Below are positions 26,251-40,894 of a stretch of DNA of 64,000 bases, piece by piece. Location: NCBI RefSeq assembly GCF_001194135.2, contig NC_068983.1, positions 108,863,549-108,927,548 on the forward strand, given 5' to 3'. Both the position numbers and the translations under genes were made by a program. The notes beneath the pieces are model-generated. The model ran no database searches, was not told where the DNA came from, and saw only the letters and a program-made list of their open reading frames with translations. Every line of letters begins with the position of its first letter. The first letter of the stretch is position 1. The stretch is from Octopus bimaculoides. Lineage: Eukaryota.

Positions 26251-27068
26251 CTCAATAAATTCTGTCTAACTCATGAAAGCAAGGAAAGGTGGGCGTTCAA
26301 ACAATGATGATAATGATGATTTATTTTCTCATAAATAGCTCATTCCAGAAAATAAGAAAGCAAAACAATAATTCTGAGAACATGGTAACAACAATAGATG
26401 CACTAAGCAAATTATTAGTTTTGCAAAACAGAAATGATTTCTTAATCAATACATATAACTCAAGTTGCTTATTCAAGTAATCAGTCAGTTATTGACAGAT
26501 AGTCAGGATCGCAATTGATACTAGTGGTTAAAATGTCTTCCTATTTAAATATTTCATACATAGACAAAATTATTATTCTTTTTTCTCTCCAAAATCATGT
26601 CAGGAATCATAACATCAGTTTAAAAATATATGCTTATGACGTTTGAAGCTTAAAAACATTATTTTCATTTCTTTTCTTATTGATATTATCATATGTTACT
26701 AAAAATATATTCAGAGAAGGTTTTTAATTATCACATGGTAGATTTCTTAGATTAATTGAAACTCTCAGCTACAGGAAAAACAGACCAGTCTAGAGATGAA
26801 ATATATTCAAATGCTGATAGAGAAAAAAATAATGGAAAGCAAATAGTTTAAATATGAGTTTACAAATGTCAACAAATGATCCCACAAAGGAAATATGTTT
26901 GAATACAAGCAACTAGTTTTATTAATGTTTTAACTTTTAATAGACATTTGATGAAAAATATTGATGGACTTATTTAATATGCATTCAAGTATTCTTATCT
27001 ACTGATACACAACTATAATTTCAAAGTGTGAAGCTACTAATTAATACACTAACCCATTGATAGGATAC

Positions 27069-27543
27069 CTGTATGATGCAAGAGACATTGAAGATCTGAA
27101 ATCCACAATCAATAGCTATTTGAAGTTCTGTACAAGAAAATAAGTTGATACTCTGAAGGCACAATAAATTTCTTGTCTCTTTGCATTGGCACTGACATAC
27201 TTAGCATATTCAGCCATTGCGCATTTACATACAGTAAAGTCTTTTTAAAACTGGAAGAAAATACAGATTTTAACATATTTTTTTCTTTTCATAGTGATGC
27301 TCCATTCAACAATGGCATAGCCAGAAGGCTGATACCAATACAGGCATGCCTTGGAAAGCACTAGCTTACTTCAACCTCGAGAATACAAGAATAAACAAAG
27401 GAAATTGATGTTTTACAACAAACAGATATAAATTTGTCCTAATGTTTTTCAATTTTTTATATCTTAATTTTACCTGAATGTTTTCATTTGTTTGACTCCC
27501 CTACGAACTAGCATGTTAATTTCATCAGTTGTTTTCATTCTCC
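27069..27543 (-). CDS. Three putative internal exons of an unidentified host gene (27474-27543, 27201-27250, 27069-27127)
   Basis: Acceptors are tttattttcttag, tattttcttccag and ttttcttgtacag; donors are cag/gtaaaa, taa/gtatgt and cag/gtatcc. Phases chain without stops to RMKTTDEINMLVRRGVKQMKTFSFKKTLLYVNAQWLNMLKLQIAIDCGFQIFNVSCIIQ, with introns of 223 and 73 nt. There is no homology evidence. Confidence 0.5.
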
Positions 27544-28207
27544 CTAAGAAAATAAATTGCAGTTTTAAATACACATTTACTCTAAAATTTCTATACTGAG
27601 AAGAAAAATGAAATTTTATATCATTACCAATTGGGCAAAGTAATTAAATTTCGACTATTTTCTTGCAGCATTTTACACATACATATAATTACATAAACTA
27701 TAATTTAACAGGTAAATGAAAATTAATAAATAATAGTGAATTTTTAAGGCACTACTAGAAATTAATCATCTGATTAAATAAATAAACACTTGGATATATT
27801 TTCTTTAAGAATTTTATTGGTAATTTTAGACTGAAATAAACTGAAAGTATATCTTATTAAATCTAATCTTTCATTACAAATATTGTCTTAGACTCTGCTC
27901 TTCTGCAGATTTCTCACTAAATATATTAACTAAATTTTCTCACTCAGAATTACATGTTTCTGGAATCCCTTCCTTTACAAATATATGTTTTTTGAACACC
28001 AATCCCCTAAAGTTCAATGTATATCACTTTCATCAGATTATCAAATTATCTCAATTACTCAGCCTAAGAGAACATGGAAAGTTATGAGGCATTTATAAGG
28101 CAGAAAATACAGAAAATGCATATCATATTGTTACATTCATGAATTTGTGTTGCAAGATTCCTAATGTGAAACCATGTAGTGAAACAGATATTGTTATATT
28201 TTGGGAC

Positions 28208-28496
28208 GGTCATTGTTTTTTTTTTTTTGCCAAATAAACTTGCGCACTATATATTTGTTATTTACTCATTTATTACTGTTCTTATTCTAACTCAAGTCCA
28301 TTGTCTAGAAATCTTTCGTCATACATCCGTGCCCTAAGAGCACACACAAAGATGGAAGGTATTACTGAAGAGGTCATAGATGTGTGACGAAAGATTTCCA
28401 GACAATGGACATGAGTTAGAATAAGAACAGTAATAAACAAGTGAAGAACAAATATAGTGCATGTGTTTATTTGGAAAAAAAAAAAAAAAAATGACC
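28208..28496. mobile_element. Foldback element (~117-bp arms) with a hammerhead-like core in the right arm (family 2)
   Basis: Arms 28208-28326 and 28380-28496 are reverse complements and include T/A runs. The core ctgaaga-g-gtca-tagatgtg-tgac-gaaa lies at 28365-28392. Confidence 0.75.
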
Positions 28497-31400
28497 AACA
28501 AATATTATATTGATTTTTAGAAAATTTTAAACATTTAAAACTCTGGATAGTTTAAATGAGAGACAAATTATTTGAATACTTTAGGTGATTAATCTCTTTT
28601 TTAATGGCTCAGAAAATGTAACTCGTTTCACAATTTCCCATATAGATATTTGTAGTTAAACATTTTAAGAAAATTAAATTCTAAGGATAAACTGCCAAAA
28701 GAATTAGTTTTAAGATTGACTTATTACAAGATAGTAGACAAAACAAAACCCATAGTTTAATTGTGAGACTAGGCAGGAATACAATGCCACAACCAAGTGA
28801 GCTGATACAGAACAATCCAATACATAAAAAGTCTGAAGAAACAGATGTTTCTTCACCAGAAGCATGATAATTATGGCAAGAATGACAATGATGATAAGGT
28901 TAATGTAAGTGTAGAAGATAATCTGAAATGTTTATATTTAATAGTCATAAGTGAACTAGCTTAGTTCAAAGTTCCTGCAATAAATCTATGGATAACAACA
29001 GGTAATCGAAGTTGTGCAGGTAATCGAAACTATGCATGAAGTAGGTGATCGACACACAAGAATCCTTTCATGTTTCAAAGGAGATATATTACAGTTGAGC
29101 CAATTCTTCACCAACTAAATGAAAAAATGCAGGTTCCATCCATAGTGAATGATATGGGTAGTCGTGGCAAGCTTAATGTAAAAACCAATAGTTGGAAGTT
29201 GGTAAAAATACCAGAAGATGTACATTATGAAAAAGTGTGTTGACTGTCCCATGTCTTCCTGCTAACTGAAAGCTAACTATTGAGAAAAGGTGCAAAATAC
29301 TGCTGGGCAGAAGCTGCTGTTTGTATTAATCTGCAGCCAGCTTTCATTGGCTGAAGTTGTCATAGCACAACTGTGCTAATCAGCCAAATATGGTTTCCCT
29401 CTCCACTACAGAACTATTGGAGGAGAAATTAGAGATCATGAACTGAAAAATATTTGTAGAAATGATAACAAAGGCAGTGTATCTTATTATAAAGTACAAT
29501 ATCTTGCATTTTGGTTTCAAGCTAAGTCTAAACAAAGGAATTCGTTATTCAAAAGACAGAATAAAATACATCAAGCACATTCACTTGTTTTATATAATAA
29601 TAATCCATTCATCAAGTTATAGATGCTAATAATTTTTCTTCACTTTAACAGAGTTTATTGCTCGTAATTTCTGTCTAATATTCCACACACTCCAGCATCA
29701 TGCATATTCAAACTATATATTTCATGTCAAAGTTACTCTGCTTTTATGAACAGAGACCTTGAAAACATCTTCCACTGAAGACAGCAATTTTTGTCTCAGA
29801 TACAAAATCATTGCATGTATAAAGGAAACAATATTGTACTTTACCCTTTTTAAGCTGAATCAACTCACATTTAAAACTGTCATGGTTATTATAAATGCTA
29901 AAACAGAGTCTCACAAACTTCCAAAATCTTTTAGCTCAAAACTAGTACTCTTTTACATAAACAGGGACTACTTTAGCTGCTGACACTCAATCAATCTTAA
30001 ATAAAACCCACAGTAGAATACTCCCAACACATGTTTAAGGACTACCACTACACACAGAATCCCCACATGAAATCCCAAAGAAGGTTATGACTGACTGGCA
30101 AACTGATATAATGTAATCCAAAGGTATTAAATGTCCTTTACTTTTTCTGAATTGGTTAATTGCCTACCACTCCCATACAAATCCACCCAACACACCTGTT
30201 TCTTGTCTTCTCATCAGCAATGCTATCTTCTTTTCTAGGTTCATCACTAACCACCGTGCTGAATCCTTACTCACAAGGAATCAGCTGAATTCCTTTACAG
30301 TTCATGCCCTTTTTTTATATGGAGATATTGACTCAGATATGGAAAATAAACTTCAACTATGTTAATCTGGAAGTTTCAGAAACTTTTTGATCATCAATCA
30401 TTGATCAGGACTTCATGAACTGCAATTAGCATATTTTTTTAATTTGTATTCCCCTTTGAATTAGTTATTTACCTATTCTCTGAGAGCCTGAGATAATAAG
30501 AATTTTCTTTCTCTGTGATTAAACCATCCAAAAATTATTCGTTCATGGAAAAGCATTAATGAGTAATAATTATCAGAAACATATTTTTGAAAAATATAAT
30601 GGTCTAGCAAAAACAATATATCAAAAGTCAGATTGCGTATATCATAACTATAAAAATTTAGTCATTTTAAATTATTTACTTTATCAATATTATATTCGTA
30701 TCACTCAGCATAAGTAACTTAATAACATTACAATAGAGGAATTCCCAGGTATGCATATTACTGATGACTTTCAAGTCAAGAGAAAGACTTGTTTTTTGGA
30801 AGCACTCATGGAAACATCACCAAAAAAAGATGTACAAGAGGCAAATAACGATTTCAATTGAGAATATAAGAACAACAAAAATTGATAAAGTGAGGAATTC
30901 AATTCATGAAGTCTTAATTCTCTGAATAAGGGTCAAAATGTTACTGGAATTGCCCACTTTTATGATTGATTACACTGATTGATTCTTAAAATGAAATATT
31001 GTCAACTTGTCTTTATTGTTATAATTATAAAAGGTTTTCTCATTTCAAGTAAGGGCAATATATTTTCATCAAGACTAAATATTTATCATTGGATTAGATT
31101 ATCTAAAGTTAAGATATTCATTTAAAACAGCATCCACAGTATAGGGTTTCATACTTATAGAAGAGCTGAAATTTTCTGAACTCCTAATATTTAGTATTTT
31201 TCTATTATTTTATCTTCTTTACCAGAATTATACTTATACAAATATGTTGTGCTTAAAAATATTATCAATAACATATTTGAGATTACTTATCTATACAAAT
31301 ATAATTAGTTTAAGCAATATTTCTTATAAAATTGGCAGATATCCCAAGTTATATCTTGAGGTATATATATTTAAAACAATTCAATAAATATAATAAAATA

Positions 31401-33035
31401 AAGATGCACTAAATAAATATAATTTCCTTTTTAATGTAATAGCTTGAATATTTGAAATTCTTTTGTTTAAAAGACTTAGTTTGCAGCTTTTATATAATTT
31501 TATATTTAACTGGACATTGATTAACTAAAAACCTATGTTCTTTATATAGCTTTGGTAAACTGATTAAAAATTATAGTACACTGACTCAAAAATCAATAAC
31601 TTATTTCCATTCTACTTTACAGTAGTTGAATTTCATAATGACTAACAAATAACAAATCAAAACACCAGAAAGTTATAATTAATTGAAGCATTGAATCAAA
31701 TCCTGGGACTATATCAAACGTCTTCAAAAATTTCCAAAATGACCAAAATAAAGCAAAAACCATTATTCTTGTCGAAAATTTTCAGGCATGGTAAACATGG
31801 TAAACAAGCCTGAATCCTTTAACTAGCAAGATCCTGATAGTGTGGTAGAGTACCTGATCTATTCTGGCATTTCTAGATTGAAATATGGTGATAACTATAC
31901 AAAATATACAGTGACAACTTAAAAGTTCAATCATACAAGAGCAGGTTAAATAACAGTATGTTCTTGACTGTCTTTCTGCAACCAAAATGTTAAAACACCT
32001 TTAATGGCTATGCACAGTATGAAACTGCTTATAAATTTTTGGTTAATTCTAGTCTGTAAGGCATGTTCAAATGTAGCTATTTAATAACAAGAAGAAAGAT
32101 ACATTAATAGTGTCTTATTTAAAAAGCTCTTTTGATAAGTTTAGATAAGTTACAGATCCATGCAGACAGGTCACAAGAAGCCCAATAGAACAATCTGGGC
32201 AGTGCATGTGATACCTGCAGTATATAACTGTTGTCCTTTTGAGCAGAATTGTTGTATGAAAAAGAGAGATAGGTTTAGGCAATTTTGGTAGAAATTTTGA
32301 ACTAGTCTGTCAATTTGCATATGTTCACAACAATGAACTTTGCAAAAATTTTGAGTGATATTGAAGAGAGTTAGGTCTATAGAAGTGAACTATGCTGTGT
32401 TGCAGTTTTAATTTTTTAAAGGATGAATACAGTAAAGTGTTAGTGTTGGCTGATTAAAAGTGTACATCTTTGTGGACTGTTTTGCTTTATATTGCTCAAT
32501 GTATGAGTTATAAAGTATTAACATTTCCATTGAAATAAGTAGGGATTTTTAACACTTTTCAGTTATTTTGAGAGTCAAAAACTATTCCTGCCACTTATAT
32601 GTTAGGGATCAAACACAATATATTTCATATATTGACATACCTATTCAGACATGTTTTTACATACATCGATTTTGTTTTTTCAGGAAGGCATTCTAAACTA
32701 AATAATTGTTAGCAATAAATACTAAATCTCTAAGATCTACAAACCTGCACTGACTCTCTGAACACAGATGTCAGAGACCTACTTCAAAGGGGTTCTGGTC
32801 ATTTTTGTCTTATCCAACAGCACAGACACACTCAATGCACATCAAGAAAGCAATATTTTACCAGCACTCCTAAACATAGATAGCATGCAAAGAGACCTCT
32901 CAAGGTCATCAAATGTGAGACCTCATCATCATCGAGGGCTTCTTCTCATGAATGCACATCCTCAACATAACACAGTTTGCTTTTAAATGACTGGTCTGCT
33001 TCTTCGGGGTCAGAAAATAATGTATGTATGCATGC

Positions 33036-33066
<31 letters not shown>

Positions 33067-33212
33067 TATATGAATATGTATGTATATGATCATATGTATA
33101 TATATATATATATATATATACTTGTGTGTACAGGTATATGTGTGTGTATATACATATATGTATATATGTATATAATATATAATAGTGTATGCATACATAC
33201 TACACATTACAC

Positions 33213-33271
<59 letters not shown>

Positions 33272-33496
33272 CATGCATACACAATGAGAGATATATGCTT
33301 GCATGCACATATGTAAATGATTGGTACTGAAATGTCAATAGCTGAAGTATTTTGATTCCTTGTAACTTTTTATTCTTTTTATGTAGGCAATCAAGCAATA
33401 TTCCTAAACCTTTTTATAAAACTGAAGCTGGTCTTGATTCAGCTGAAAGGCTCACTAAAATTCCTCTTGTTAGTTCTGCATCCTATGATAACTAAC

Positions 33497-33543
33497 CCCA
33501 GTCTCCTGTCCAGTCAAAATGTATGCAGCATTAATTCCCCACA
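33497..33543 (-). CDS. Putative 47-nt exon, (x)WGINAAYILTGQETG
   Basis: Acceptor ctaaatctcag and donor ggg/gttagt, with an open frame resembling a WD40 strand. The call is by eye only. Confidence 0.3.
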
Positions 33544-35807
33544 CTGAGATTTAGTTGACTTTCACCATTTGATTACAATTATGAACCCTCAAAAAGACAT
33601 TTCCCTCGTATTTGTCTATAGAAGACAACAAAATCTTGACTAGGATTGTATCAATAATAAAAGTTAAAGTGATATGATTAGTTCCTTTATACTGACATAA
33701 ATGACTTTTTCACCATATTGTGTATATATGTATGAATATATGTATTAAAATTATTAGAAATTTCAGATATTTAGAAGTCTTTCTTTCAAATTTGAGTCTA
33801 GAATATAAATAATTCAACATCATATCATGATTATATAAGCAGATGCTCTCTAATTAATGGAAAATACTCTCTTATTAATAGTTTTATGATAAAATTAAAT
33901 AAAGACTGAGTAACTTTGATGAAAATATTTCAAATCTTTACAAGTCTATTTAAATCAATATGCAATTTTCGATTTATGAAATTCCAGACCTTTGTTTTTT
34001 ATCATTATAATATCTGAAAATTTGTAACCAATAAGATCTATTTTTGATACTTTAGATCAGTTTCAAATTTGCATATGAAATGGCTAAATTTATAAAAATG
34101 ACAAGCAAAATTGTTTATCACGATAACTCCAATGTTCAGAAAACTAAGTTATCTGCAGATCAAGAGTAGATGTGACATGTTCTAAAATATAAATTCAATA
34201 AGTCTATTCACTTAATCATTCATGTAGAGGTATAAAGCTCTGAATTTATAATGGTGAAATACATTCAGGTACATGTAGTTATCTTATAAGGCTTGCATAG
34301 AAATAATACAGTTATAGATCACAGAATAAAACGTGATTCTAAATGAAATACATTATTAAATAGATTGTAATTTGATGTGACTTCAGAAAGTCCTGTTAAT
34401 TACAAAGTTATAATATTTGAAATAAATTTCATATGATTCTCTCGTCCCTTTAGCATAAGTTCCTGTAACACTGAATGTACACAAGAAATAGCATCACTTT
34501 TTATAAGCACAAATATTTAAGTAAGAATATTACTGAAAAATATAATAAAAATTAGCCTATGTAAGTTGATGCAATAGAAATGTGATTTATTTAAGTGTAA
34601 TTTGGATCAATAAAATTCAAAGAGAAATTTGTTTTGCTTTGAAAGTTAAAAAAACCCACAAAACAATGAATAGTTGCAGTTGACTAGTTGTCTTGATTTT
34701 CAATTGACTAGTTACCTTCATATAATTGTTTGTTAGCAAATAACACCTGCTTGCAATTTATATGAAATCATAGTACAGCTTCAGTTCTATTATAGTTAAA
34801 ATAGACTTTACTGAAGCTTTATTATGTATCAGTAATTGCCAAAGCATTGAAATCTTAGATTGTAATCAAAAACCTCTTTTGTCATTAACTTGTACTTTCT
34901 TATGGTATTTAATATGTTGTCTAAGTAAAATAATTTATTCCACAATTCCAGAAATTCCTCTAAATAGTTAACTTTCATTATTTTATTACTGCACATCTTT
35001 AAAAGAATCTTGTCTGATAGATTTTGAGCCGTGGTTCTCAATAATCTCAGCAGACATCTGAGTCTACTGTCTTTTGCTAGTTCATTGATTATGATATTAG
35101 TGATTAATATGTGATGACCCTAGGGACCAGAATGCTTTAACAGCAAAGACAGAAGTAAAGAAAAGTGATACTGAAAATAGAACCCTTGTGAGTATTTTCC
35201 TTTTATTTAAAATTCACAGTAATTCATAGTTTTATTGTCAGTATCAATCAAATATAAACTATCATAAATCACTGGTACTCTTTTATGTGAAATTTGTTTA
35301 TAACCATTTTTTGTCAAATGACTATTTAGCCATTTGTGTCATGACATAAAATACTTTTACAACTAATGCAAAAAAAAAAAAAAGTAGAGAATCAGTGGTT
35401 GTAATTATTTCTAAAGATTTAGCAAAATTGCAGCAATTCTTCTAAAGCTTGGAAAATATAAAACCGTAATGTTTTTGTTAAGAATTGTAAATGTAGATTT
35501 CCTTAGTAAAAATATGCCACCTGTAATAACTGAGTTGAAAGAAAATGTACATTAATAACTGGTATTTTTCTAGAAACTGTTGATATTCCCATAATGTTAG
35601 AATGCTCTTAATAATGAATGAAATATTTATCAAGTTTTTGTCTCAGTTAATAAGTCGTTAACTATAGTGGCAACATCAGGGAATTTTCATACAGTAACCT
35701 GATACCAATTATGACAAATGCATTTTTCTAATGAAATTTGATGAAATTAGATTTTGTTAATTTCCTTAAATGTTTGACTATATGTATGTACATATATACA
35801 TGTATAT

Positions 35808-35865
<58 letters not shown>

Positions 35866-38109
35866 ATGTTATGCCTCTAACGTTTATACACACACACAAA
35901 CATACATCATCTAAAATATACAGGAAAATCAATAAAACAAAACATTTGGAAATTGTATTTATAATATTCATCTAAATTTGAAAGGTTTCCAAGAAATTAG
36001 TCAAATGAAATATCATTGAACTTATAACTTTTAACTTCAGTTACAATTAAATGATGTTAATTGTCATATGAATGGTTAAATCATAAAACTATTGAATATT
36101 TTATAACTACATAGAACAGTTGTTTTAGGATTACTACACCATTACTCGTTTCAAGAGTTACATTTTCTTCCATAAAAATGGTAATAATGTCTAATTTTAA
36201 TTGATATATTATTAGAAATTCAAATTCCATCTAAGCTATAAATCTAAATTGATTTTTATAAAAGTTGAATGATAAAGTTTAAATTTCTATCTAGTTAAAT
36301 GCAGATAATATTATGATCTTTCAGCTATAACTATTTCCAGTTTAATTTTGTTAACTTTCCTCACAATTCATTCTTCTGCTTCAAAAATCCTAATAGTCAT
36401 TTTCATTTGATATGTATCAATGAATTTTAAGTGATTAGTATTTTCTTAATAAAGGAGCTTCAAATAGTACATCAATCAAATTCATACAACAAAATACCTA
36501 CTAGGATCCAACTTAATCCCAGCTCTATAAACCTTCTTAATACATTTTAATCTATTTCTATTTTTTGTTACTATGAAAGCTGAATATATATCTTTCTTTC
36601 ATTCATACTATACTTTTTCGTATAACATCATATGCATTTCAGGAAAAAAGCATTTTCTTTTTCTTATCTACTTAAATAATAATAAACGGATTTGGTGACA
36701 GTATCTTACTAAATCACTTTTTTTTTATCAAAACTTCCTTGAAGCAATCTCATTGCTGATGATATAAATGGATATCATATGAAACCTCAAATACAAAATA
36801 GTGACTTTTTATATCTTTACAAAGCAGATTTGCAGAATAAATAATTGTCATTTTTCAAAGCTGTGAAACTAACTTCATCACTTTCTTGAAGCCAAAATAC
36901 TTAAATTATTCTTCCATACAAAGTTTATTATGAGTATTATTACTAAATACAAACAGTTTTTAGATATCTTCGTTCATAATTTCTTTCTTCTTATTTTGTG
37001 ATGAATAATAAGTTACTATAGTTATGAATAATCCCTTCCACTGATATATACTCAAATATGTATTATTTGAATTCTATGTGTATTCTTCAAAGCTGATCTA
37101 AAATTTTATTCAGTTAACAGAGAAAACATTGAGTTTATTTACAACTGAATATGCCATCATGCTGAACTTAAAAGTTTGGCCTTTTTAAGCCTATTGAGTA
37201 TTTCTACATCATTACAGTTGTGTGTACTTGCAGACACTTCAGATTGAAAATGTGCTCATTATCAACCTCATACTGTTTCTCCCCGGAATTCACATTCGTG
37301 CAGTTCAGGTTTGGTATGTAAGTGAAGTGCAAATTAGCTGTCAATGCCATATAGACATTTCCAAGCACTCCTTCTTTACAAAAGCCTTCAGTTCAATCAG
37401 ATGTGGTGCCATCCTCAGCCAGGTGAAAAATAGGCCTTCAGCATTCTACCACATTGCTTAGCAGGTTTAACAAGGTTTCTCTCATCTTCTCTTTCATGAC
37501 TAATGCAGTCAATGGGAATTCAGCAGGGAAACCTTTTTTTGGTCATGCAGTTTAAACTGGACAACAATGATACTGCTAGGCTGAGTTTTGATTTATGTTT
37601 AAACATCTAGTACCTTGATGTTTCAGCTAAACAGTTCCTTTGCTACAGCAAAGCTGTTTTTTTGGGAAACTTAATTTTAGGTGTCTTGGGGTTAAGGGCT
37701 CCAAACAAACTTTGGATTCTCAACCATTCATATTTGCAACGTCAGATTTCAGTGTATCAGTTCTCCATATTCTACCCTTCCATCATTGTTCTCTCTTCCA
37801 TCTGTATGATTTTCTTTTAACAATGTCATGAGAAATTTACGTTGCCTCAAAATAGCAAAACAGACATTAGGCTTTCATGATGAAATTCATAATCAAAGAA
37901 GTGTGTTTAGCTTTTATATTATTTATTTATTAATCTTTTTCTTTTTTGTTACCCTTTTCACTCTTCACTTTCGTAAATTGTGATTAATCAAAATCAAAAT
38001 ATATGTAATTCCAATGCAAAATGTAGTTACTTTTACCATAATGATGGCTATTAAATCTTCCAAGCTGGTAAAAGAAATTCCTTGAATCATAACATTAGCC
38101 AACATTCAC

Positions 38110-38180
38110 CTGAATGATATTTCTATCTTTCCAAAGTTATATTCATAAATCTGAACTAGATTTTTCTTAGCAAGAGCTGC
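38110..38180 (-). CDS. Putative 71-nt exon, AALAKKNLVQIYEYNFGKIEISF
   Basis: Acceptor actttctaaag and donor cag/gtgaat, with an open frame. The call is by eye only. Confidence 0.35.
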
Positions 38181-38951
38181 CTTTAGAAAGTTGTCATTAT
38201 GACTATTTACAAGATCTCACACTTGGGTCAAATCCATATATTTATAAAGATATCAAGAATTGGTTCACATAAAATTTGATATTAAAATTGCAATTTGTAG
38301 GTGATGTTTCCTCTTAACATTTTCCGTAAAAATGTGTATGGTTTCTATTCTGCAGGCTTCAGTGTGTTTATTCAACTACTTCTTCTTTGCAATATTATTT
38401 ACTAAAAGGAACATTTTAAAAACATTTACTGAAAAGCTCTTGAAGCTAATAATAAATATAAATGTATTTAGTGAAGGAAGCGAGCTAGACTTCAAGGAAA
38501 CTAGTGATGGTTTGCAATGGCAAAACCAGTTATAAATGTATACAGACAGACTGTTAAAAATATCGACACTGAATGTAATATAAGTGTCTACCTTAGCATA
38601 ATACATGTGTGATGTTTTTATAGTTTATTCTTTAGTTTCCCACCTAATCAATTTAAGTAGAATAATCAATAATTTGCCATCTAATCAAGTTCAAATCAAG
38701 TTGAGTAGAAAAATCAGATGAGGTAAGGTAGTTCACTATTTACAAAATTGAATAGTTATTGATACAATATATCATAACAAGAGTCTAGTGGCTTAAAAAG
38801 GTTATGCGGACAATCTGTATAAATATAACTATTTCTTAAATGTATTTGGGCTGCTCCTCTCTAATATTATACTGTTTGCAAAGCCAGCAATTTTTCGATA
38901 TTTCTTTGCTATAAATACTAAACTGAAATAAAATTACTTCAAAATTCTTTT

Positions 38952-38994
<43 letters not shown>

Positions 38995-39583
38995 TGTGTC
39001 TGTGTGCGCATGCATGTGTGTGTGCACGCATGCATGCATATGTATGTGGGAGTGTGAACTTGCCATATTAATAGCATTAAAACAAATTAATATTAGTATA
39101 TATTCATCTCTATACCTCAATTCATTTGTCTACGCTTATCTTACTAAATAAATACTAATAATTGAGTGTAATCTGAATGAAATATCAATGTAAATGTAAT
39201 AAAATAATACATAATTAAAATTTGTAAAACTGACAACTTTATCTGAAAAAGTTATTAAATTATATCAATTCTATTTAATAACTTTTCATTATTAAAATAT
39301 TGTAATATGAAACAACAACAAAAAAAACCTCTGATGGTTTCCTTTTCATTATCATTTTATTTAAATATGAAGTTTATTCAGTCTTATGAAGATAAATCAA
39401 TGTATTCATTGTATTCTAACTATAATTGTCATTTGTTATCTCCATGTTGTCCCAGATTAAGCAGACCTATGATCAAAGGTATTCCATTCATGACCATCCT
39501 GCTTTTTTCTTAACACAGTGGACCCTATACTACATTACCCAGTGTGTCCTTCCATTTTTAAGGTGGCAGTGTGTGATATGTAG

Positions 39584-39648
39584 AAGATCTAGGATTTGTG
39601 GAAGATTTGGGATTTGTGGAAGATTTGGAATTTGTGGAAGATTTGGAA
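39584..39648. repeat. 18-bp minisatellite (ggatttgtggaagatttg) x ~3.5
   Basis: Direct inspection. Confidence 0.9.
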
Positions 39649-39849
39649 CCTATTTCAAGTAGGTTGAGAGAAGACAGATGCTTCTTCATTGGCTCCAAAC
39701 TATGTTCAAGTAATTCCCAAGCCACAAGATATGGTTCCTGATTCCAATATATATATTGAAAAAAAAGCAAGTAATAATAAAAGAAGAAAATATAATACAA
39801 ATTAAATCCAAAGGGAATTTTCCTCTCTATAATCAGATATTTTATTCAG

Positions 39850-40500
39850 ACACTCCTTACTTCTCAACCTGAACTATGCATTCTCATTTATTTACCTATT
39901 CTCTTCAACACATAGATTCCTTATTTTCTTTGTCAGTAATCCATTTTCAGTTATCTGGTACTCTGCTTGTATTTCAACACCATGCCACACCGAATGTCTG
40001 CTTTTATGTCAACTCTACCAATCTATATGTCAACTCTGCACATCTATACTGCTTTACTTAGCAACATAATCAGCAACTCTGCTTAAACATTATACTTTGT
40101 AACATACTATGATAAGCTGATGTTTCTATCTTACAAAGAAATCATCAAATATTTCATTATACATTAAACAATTCTACACAGCCAAACCTTTCTATTTGTG
40201 AAGGTTTTAAAAACAAAGTCTCCTATACCTATTTTTCTTTCCATCACACAACTCTGCAATATCTCTTACACAGAAAATGCATTACTGACCATTGAGAAAC
40301 TAATCATCTTCCTAACTTTAACCATATCAACTTGTTGATATCATGACATGCTCCACTGTCTCCATATTAAAAAAAACATTCAACATCATTCAACAGCAAG
40401 AATATCTAATCGTAGTTTCTTAACATAGCTTACTACACATCAAAATTCCCATAATTAATCCCAGTTCAATCTAGTAGCAAGTCCTACAAGCTGGATATTT
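39850..40500 (-). mobile_element. Highly degenerate RTE LINE 3' region
   Basis: KKIRNLCVEENR and remnants of YLGD..GG...R..W.K and WYGHV, homologous in order to the RTE at 11.7-12.4 kb. Confidence 0.45.
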
Positions 40501-40894
40501 TTGCAGCCCTCACTCATTCATATTCTGAAGAGCTATAATATACATCCCCAAATTATTAAATCTTTTACCAAACAAAGGGATACACACACACACACACACA
40601 CAAATGTATGCATGTACATATATATAAGCATATGAGCATACACATATATATACATATATGTATATAGGTATAAGTTAGAAGTTTAAAACCTCTAATGGAT
40701 GGTTAAATCCAAAGGTGCCACTAGTGATTATCTGCGTAAGTACAGTCCTTGGTAAAAGGTATATGGTAGCAGGTAAACCGTAGTTTAAATTATATGCAAG
40801 AAGAAAATGGAGGGAAAATAATGGGAAGAAGTTGGTCGTTTGCACTAGTAAGCCATTAATTTAATAAATTAATAAAGAAAAGTGGTAATAATAG

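Noticed and set aside
30473-30603. Minus-strand exon candidate with strong splice sites
   Set aside because: The only open frame ends in TAG exactly at the donor, so it is not supportable as an internal exon.
31660-31920. Possible gypsy integrase relic (IEALNQILG)
   Set aside because: Only one short weak motif, with no supporting neighbouring motifs.
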